DNA of 64,000 nucleotides, from contig CAWAMW010000017.1 of NCBI GenBank assembly GCA_963783305.1, forward strand, positions 192,001 through 256,000, in the 5' to 3' direction. A program made the translations under genes and the position numbers. Numbering within the stretch: position 1 is the first letter of the stretch; every line of letters starts with the position of its first letter. Shown here in pieces: positions 60,700 to 64,000 of this stretch. The notes under the pieces were generated by a model. It did not search any database. It was not told where the DNA came from and saw only the letters and a list, made by a program, of their open reading frames with translations. This DNA comes from an uncultured Gemmatimonadales bacterium. GTDB lineage: Bacteria > Gemmatimonadota > Gemmatimonadetes > Longimicrobiales > RSA9.

Positions 60700-61428
60700 G
60701 TGCTGAAATCTACGAAGCGGGAGAGCGGTGACGGAGCACCCCCGGGGACGCGCAACGCGGCCCGGGAGGGGGCGCGCCGGCGCTCGTTCACATTTGTCGA
60801 GCGTGAAGGATATCGGTGGTCGGTGTTCCTGGCGACGTACGCCGGCGATGACGGCCGCTGGCGTGGGTACTTTACCTTCCGGACGGCGGCGCCGGGCCTG
60901 GAGGGGCAGGAGATCCGAACGGCGGACCTGTTCGTGGAGCCGAGTGAAGCGGAGGTGGATGCGCGCGCGCGGGGTCTGGGGCGGCCGCTGCTGGGGTCAC
61001 TCCTGGAGTCGGCGCTGCACACGCACGACCGGAAGCGGGGTCCGTCGCCGGACGTGAGCCGGTGGTTCCGGGAAGTGCTGGCGAACCGATCGGAGGAGCT
61101 GGCGGTGCCTCTGGGTGAGGCGGACGACATCTCGCTTACGCACCTGCGGTCGCTCTACGACTCCTATCGAATCGATCAGGTCTCGCACCTGATCGCGCTG
61201 GTGGAGCCGGCGCAGTTCCGCCTTGTCGTGGACCGGCTGCTGGAAGGGCGCGAGATCGACTTCCGTGCGAGTGACCGGCTGCAGCTGGCGATGATCGTGG
61301 TACAGGAGCTGGAGCGGCACCTGCCGCTGCCGCCGTTCGAGGTCTGGGTGGAAGACTACATGGACCGCCGGGACGTCTACCATCGGTACACCCACGACCT
61401 GCACCGGGAAGGTACGCTTCCGGGCTGA
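60700..61428 (+). CDS. Hypothetical protein
   Basis: 242 aa from GTG 60700; ends with LPLPPFEVWVEDY, similar to the LPTYEQW motif of 59608-59994. Confidence 0.7.
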   Translation: MLKSTKRESGDGAPPGTRNAAREGARRRSFTFVEREGYRWSVFLATYAGDDGRWRGYFTFRTAAPGLEGQEIRTADLFVEPSEAEVDARARGLGRPLLGSLLESALHTHDRKRGPSPDVSRWFREVLANRSEELAVPLGEADDISLTHLRSLYDSYRIDQVSHLIALVEPAQFRLVVDRLLEGREIDFRASDRLQLAMIVVQELERHLPLPPFEVWVEDYMDRRDVYHRYTHDLHREGTLPG

Positions 61429-61493
61429 GAGTGGGTGCACGCGTCTGAGGGCGATGCAGGGGCAGGTGAGAGCGAAGGGCGTGGGTGTGCGGG

Positions 61494-61536
61494 CGCGACG
61501 AGCCCCGCCGGGCGGATGCCGGCGGGGCTCGTCGCG
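61494..61536. terminator. 18-bp perfect hairpin between convergent genes
   Basis: CGCGACGAGCCCCGCCGG-GCGGATG-CCGGCGGGGCTCGTCGCG. Confidence 0.7.
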
Positions 61537-61574
61537 TGGCGCCTCCCCCCCGTCCGGCGGGGGAGGGGGGAGAC

Positions 61575-62966
61575 TCAGGCCACGAGGGACCAGACCAGCT
61601 GGATGAGGAGGGCGGTGATGGCGACGGGGGCGACATATCGGATCAGGAAAACCCATGCCCCACCGAGGGGGAACTTGCCGTCGTTGGCCCGGACCTCTTC
61701 TCCCGCGGACTGAACGCCCCACACCCAGGCGATGAAGATGCTTATGAGGAGGGCGCCGATGACCAGGGAGTACTGACCGAAGATGGTGAAGAGGAGGGAG
61801 AGGAAGTCGAGCCCCACCCCGGGAACGTTGGACAGCCAACCCACGGCGCCGTTGGCCAGGGCGCTGGGGATGCCCACAACGAATGCCACGCCGCCGATCG
61901 TGAATGCGGCCTTCCTGCGGCTGAAGTTGCGCTCGTCGATGAGCCAGGCCGAGGCTACCTCGAGGAGGGATACCGAGGAAGTCAGGGCGGCGATGGCCAG
62001 GAGCGAGAAGAAGAGGGTGCCGAAGATGATGCCGCCGTAGGGCGCCGGCGGGATGGAGCCGAGGAGTGAGGTAAGGACGACGAAGACCATGCCGGGCCCG
62101 CCCGTCCCGGGCTCGAGCCCGGCGGAGAAGAGCGTGGGGAAAATGATGAGGCCGGCCATGATGGCGATGGCGGTGTCGAAACCGGTCACCCAGGCGGCGG
62201 AGCTGACCAGGTCGTCTCTCTTGGTGATATAGGAGCCGTAGGTGATCATGGCGCCCATGCCGAGGCTGAGGCTGAAGAAGGCCTGGCCTACGGCGGCGAG
62301 GATCACGGTGCCGGTGATCTTGCTGAAATCGGGCTTGAGGTAGAAGTCGAGGCCCGCCTCGGCGCCGGGGAGGGTGACGGCCCGGGCTACGAGGAGGAGC
62401 AGGATCAGGAGGAGCGCGGGCATGAGGATCTTGGTCCAGCGCTCGATGCCGTGGCGGACGCCGCCGATCACCACCAGGATGGTGATGATCATGAAGACGA
62501 AGTGCCAGCCGATGGAGGCCACACCGCTGCCGGCTACGCCATCGAAGATGGCCGCAGTGTCGGCGCTGGCGACGAAGGTCCCGGTGATCGCCTTGAGAAT
62601 GTAGGCGAGGGTCCAGCCGGCGATGACGGAGTAGAAGCTGAGGATCACCACGCCGGTGAGGACGCCCAGCCCTCCCACGACCACCCAGGCGGAATCGGGG
62701 GCCAGGGCCTTGAAGGCCCCGACGGGGTTGCGCTGGGTCCTGCGCCCGATGATGAGCTCGGCCAGCATGACTGGCGCGCCGATGAGCGCTACCGCCAGGA
62801 GATAGACCACCAGGAAGGCGGCCCCGCCGTTGGTCCCCGCCACCGTGGGGAAGCCCCATATGTTGCCGAGCCCGATGGCGCTGCCCGCGGCCGCGAAGAT
62901 GAAGGCGGCCTTCGAGCCCCAGGTGTCGCGGGTGGGCGCGGCGCCCGGGTCAGTGCGGGTGTCCAT
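61575..62966 (-). CDS. Sodium-dependent transporter, NSS/SNF family
   Basis: RDTWGS, GSAIGLGNIW.FP, QAFFSLSLG, AALTSSVSLLE. Confidence 0.95.
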   Translation of the reverse strand: MDTRTDPGAAPTRDTWGSKAAFIFAAAGSAIGLGNIWGFPTVAGTNGGAAFLVVYLLAVALIGAPVMLAELIIGRRTQRNPVGAFKALAPDSAWVVVGGLGVLTGVVILSFYSVIAGWTLAYILKAITGTFVASADTAAIFDGVAGSGVASIGWHFVFMIITILVVIGGVRHGIERWTKILMPALLLILLLLVARAVTLPGAEAGLDFYLKPDFSKITGTVILAAVGQAFFSLSLGMGAMITYGSYITKRDDLVSSAAWVTGFDTAIAIMAGLIIFPTLFSAGLEPGTGGPGMVFVVLTSLLGSIPPAPYGGIIFGTLFFSLLAIAALTSSVSLLEVASAWLIDERNFSRRKAAFTIGGVAFVVGIPSALANGAVGWLSNVPGVGLDFLSLLFTIFGQYSLVIGALLISIFIAWVWGVQSAGEEVRANDGKFPLGGAWVFLIRYVAPVAITALLIQLVWSLVA

Positions 62967-63141
62967 GCGGTCTCCTGTGGGGTCGGTGGCGTCGATGATG
63001 CGATCGAACGGTGGTGGGTCGGGAAGGTAGCGAAAGTGCGGGGGGAGCCGCCGCTCCCGCAAGGGGACGAACCGGCCGGGCGCTGGAGGTCCCCAGCGGT
63101 GCGGCCCGGGCGGCGGAGGGAGCCGCCCCGGCCGGCCGGCC

Positions 63142-64000
63142 CTAGACGGCGAGATCCAGAGGTACGGGCTTGTCCCCCGAGTAGTCGTAGAAGCCGCGCC
63201 CCGACTTCCGGCCCGCATAGCCGAGGGTGACCATGCGGCGGAGGAGGGGTGGAGGGGCGAAGCGGGTCTCTGCGAACTCCTCGTACATGATCTCCGCGAT
63301 GCGGAAGAGGGTGTCGATGCCCACGAAATCGCTCAGGGTGAACGGTCCCATGGGGTAGCCCGTGCCCAGGACCATGGCCTTGTCGATGTCCTCGATGGAC
63401 GCGAGCCCCTGCTCGAGGGAGCGGATGGCGTCCAGCATGTACGGCACCAGGAGCCGGTTCACGATGAACCCGGACGCGTCCTTCGCCTCGACGGGGTCCT
63501 TCCCGATCGCCGACGTGAACTCGAACGCGCTCCGGTACGCCTCGTCGCTGGTAGCGATCGTGCGGACCACCTCCACCAGCTTCATGACCGGCACCGGGTT
63601 GAAGAAATGGAGACCTACGAAGCGATCGGGTCGGTTCGTGGCGGCCGCCATCTCCGTGATGGTCAGTGAGCTCGTGTTGCTCGCCAGGATGGTGTGCGCC
63701 GGGCACACCTGGTCGAGTTTCGAGAAGAGCTCTTTCTTCACGTCCATGTTCTCGACGATCGCCTCGATCACCAGATCCGCCTGAGCCAGCTCGTCCAGCG
63801 ACGTGGTCCCGCGGATCCGCTCGAGGGCGGCATCGCGGTCGGTGCCCTCCAACTTCCCCTTCTCGACCGCACGATCCAGGCTCTTCCGGATCCGGCCCAG
63901 TCCCTTTTCGAGCAGCTCGTCATCGACTTCGCGGACCATGGTGGTGAAGCCCGCCTTGGCGGCCACCTCCGCGATCCCGCTGCCCATCAGCCCACACCCG
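63142..64000 (-). CDS. 3-hydroxybutyryl-CoA dehydrogenase (5' end outside window)
   Basis: GLMGSGIA, IEAIVE, ASNTSS, GLHFFNPVP, GFIVNRLL, PMGP. Confidence 0.93.
   Translation of the reverse strand, partial: GCGLMGSGIAEVAAKAGFTTMVREVDDELLEKGLGRIRKSLDRAVEKGKLEGTDRDAALERIRGTTSLDELAQADLVIEAIVENMDVKKELFSKLDQVCPAHTILASNTSSLTITEMAAATNRPDRFVGLHFFNPVPVMKLVEVVRTIATSDEAYRSAFEFTSAIGKDPVEAKDASGFIVNRLLVPYMLDAIRSLEQGLASIEDIDKAMVLGTGYPMGPFTLSDFVGIDTLFRIAEIMYEEFAETRFAPPPLLRRMVTLGYAGRKSGRGFYDYSGDKPVPLDLAV

Noticed and set aside
63040..63140. Riboswitch upstream of the NSS transporter
   Set aside because: Stems can be drawn but the region is extremely GC-rich, and I see no conserved aptamer motif on the minus strand.

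Overview
A high-GC bacterial chromosome segment. Gene content and the hypothetical-protein families suggest Gemmatimonadota, but that is an inference. Most of it is housekeeping: recF-dciA(DUF721)-gyrB, ssb, rho, speA, lysC-asd, mlaEFD, fumC, trxB, nfo, PBP1A, an M16 peptidase and fatty-acid enzymes. The accessory-looking core is 11.1-20.2 kb. It holds (i) a non-classical chaperone-usher-like pilus locus with three DUF4402-type pilin-like proteins, a chaperone, an usher-like protein and a convergent short pilin-like protein; (ii) a pterin operon (PTPS-II-type synthase, folE, SDR, QueD-type synthase); and (iii) a probable 6S RNA plus a candidate new sigma54-driven ~100-nt sRNA. A 25-bp palindrome (AA-N3-GTTG-N5-CAAC-N3-TT, two inverted IHF-like cores) occurs four times. 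Three copies lie 16-17 bp upstream of a sigma54-type -24/-12 element and one lies next to four phased DnaA-box-like repeats (candidate oriC, ~60.3 kb). In sampled lines, the + strand switches from C-rich to G-rich across each copy regardless of gene orientation. No CRISPR array, tRNA, rRNA or transposase was recognised. All calls come from reading motifs by eye; no database searches were run.
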